The position numbers and the translations under genes are program-made. Positions 63,166 to 64,000 of a stretch of 64,000 nt of DNA are shown in pieces. Source of the stretch: Neocallimastix sp. 'constans' (taxonomy: Eukaryota); assembly GCA_050613775.1 (NCBI GenBank), contig JBODTK010000133.1:248001-312000 (forward strand), given 5' to 3'. Numbering within the stretch: the first letter of the stretch is position 1; every line of letters starts with the position of its first letter. A model generated the notes under the pieces. That model made no database searches and was not told where the DNA came from. It was given only the letters and a program-made list of their open reading frames with translations.

Positions 63166-64000
63166 ATGAATCCAGTGATTCCTAGTAGTCATTATTTATT
63201 ATTGGATAAGCAATTATCATTAGATACTATTTTGGATAATATGTATAATCAAATATGTATCTTTAAAAATCATAAATTATATAAATCGGGAGATATTAAT
63301 TTTGAATTAGAATTTAGATTAAGAAATAAATACATCAATATTGATATTAATGATTTTGTTAAATGTATGAGTTGTCAACATCACGAGTATTTATTCAAAG
63401 AAAATAAAACGACAAGATACAGAATTATATGCGAATCAAGCTATCCAGCCAACATAAACGAAGATCAGGATATAAATCTAGAAAATGAAGAAGAAAATAA
63501 AAAAGGAAAAGAAAAGGAAGAAGAAAACAAAGAAAATAAAAAGATTTCGAAGCTTTATACATATGTCGATACCAATTCAGAAAAGGAAATCACCGAAACG
63601 CTAAATGGAAAAGTTGAATTCACCAAAAAAATGACTTTGATGACGGCTTATTATTTCGTTTATAAAATTGTACTTAGTATTGAAACCAATCTAGATGTCA
63701 GCGACATAGTAAGTTTTCTAGACAACGGTTTGGTTGAAACAGAAACAGAAAATGGTTATAATAAAAAAATTAAATCTAATAAGGGGCTAAATATTTTACA
63801 ATTCATTACTCCAACTATAAAATATAGAAAATCATATATTCTTCACAAGGATGTACGGATTGATGTAACGAAGTATGAGGATAAAAGCCAATTCGATATT
63901 GATTTCTCAAGAAATATTAATCGTGAAAGAAGTGATATGATAAACATTGTACATGATATTATGTTATTACTTGATTGTTCTAATTTTGTATTAGATTATT
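63166..64000 (+). CDS. Putative viral mRNA capping enzyme, N-terminal RNA triphosphatase (tunnel-metalloenzyme) domain; runs off the window
   Basis: My translation is open from ATG 63166 to the end: FELEFRL, KIVLSIE, KYRKSY, VRIDVT, FDIDF in the order expected for ExExR, LSxE, KxRxS, RIDxT and ExE. Confidence 0.7.
   Translation, partial: MNPVIPSSHYLLLDKQLSLDTILDNMYNQICIFKNHKLYKSGDINFELEFRLRNKYINIDINDFVKCMSCQHHEYLFKENKTTRYRIICESSYPANINEDQDINLENEEENKKGKEKEEENKENKKISKLYTYVDTNSEKEITETLNGKVEFTKKMTLMTAYYFVYKIVLSIETNLDVSDIVSFLDNGLVETETENGYNKKIKSNKGLNILQFITPTIKYRKSYILHKDVRIDVTKYEDKSQFDIDFSRNINRERSDMINIVHDIMLLLDCSNFVLDY

Noticed and set aside
48049..64000. Integrated killer-type linear plasmid or Polinton
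   Set aside because: PolB motifs are of the delta/viral type, not protein-primed; RPB1 and RPB2 are separate; D5 and UDG are present.

Overview
Extremely AT-rich eukaryotic DNA. A gene with tandem fungal dockerin (CBM10-type) domains at ~35.3 kb points to an anaerobic gut fungus (Neocallimastigomycota). Bases 1-45.7 kb are a nest of Ty3/Gypsy LTR retrotransposons, solo LTRs and Mutator-like DNA elements around one tRNA-Arg(UCU) gene and two broken host genes. Bases ~46-64 kb hold a decaying cluster of large-DNA-virus (Nucleocytoviricota-like) core genes: an RPB1 C-terminus, a non-protein-primed family B DNA polymerase, a D5-like SF3 helicase, RPB2, uracil-DNA glycosylase, and an mRNA capping enzyme-like ORF that runs off the window end and is absent from the ORF track. 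I read this as an endogenous giant-virus-like element invaded by host LTR elements; a second, frameshifted copy of the capping-gene start lies at 24.1-24.8 kb. Other signals: a stack of LTRs 16 bp upstream of the tRNA gene separated by the same TTTG, Tf1-type self-priming sites in three elements, three -1 frameshift cassettes, a co-varying four-hairpin array before a gag gene, and a 39-bp ends-only LTR with an intact TSD. All calls come from motif reading by eye; no database searches were run.
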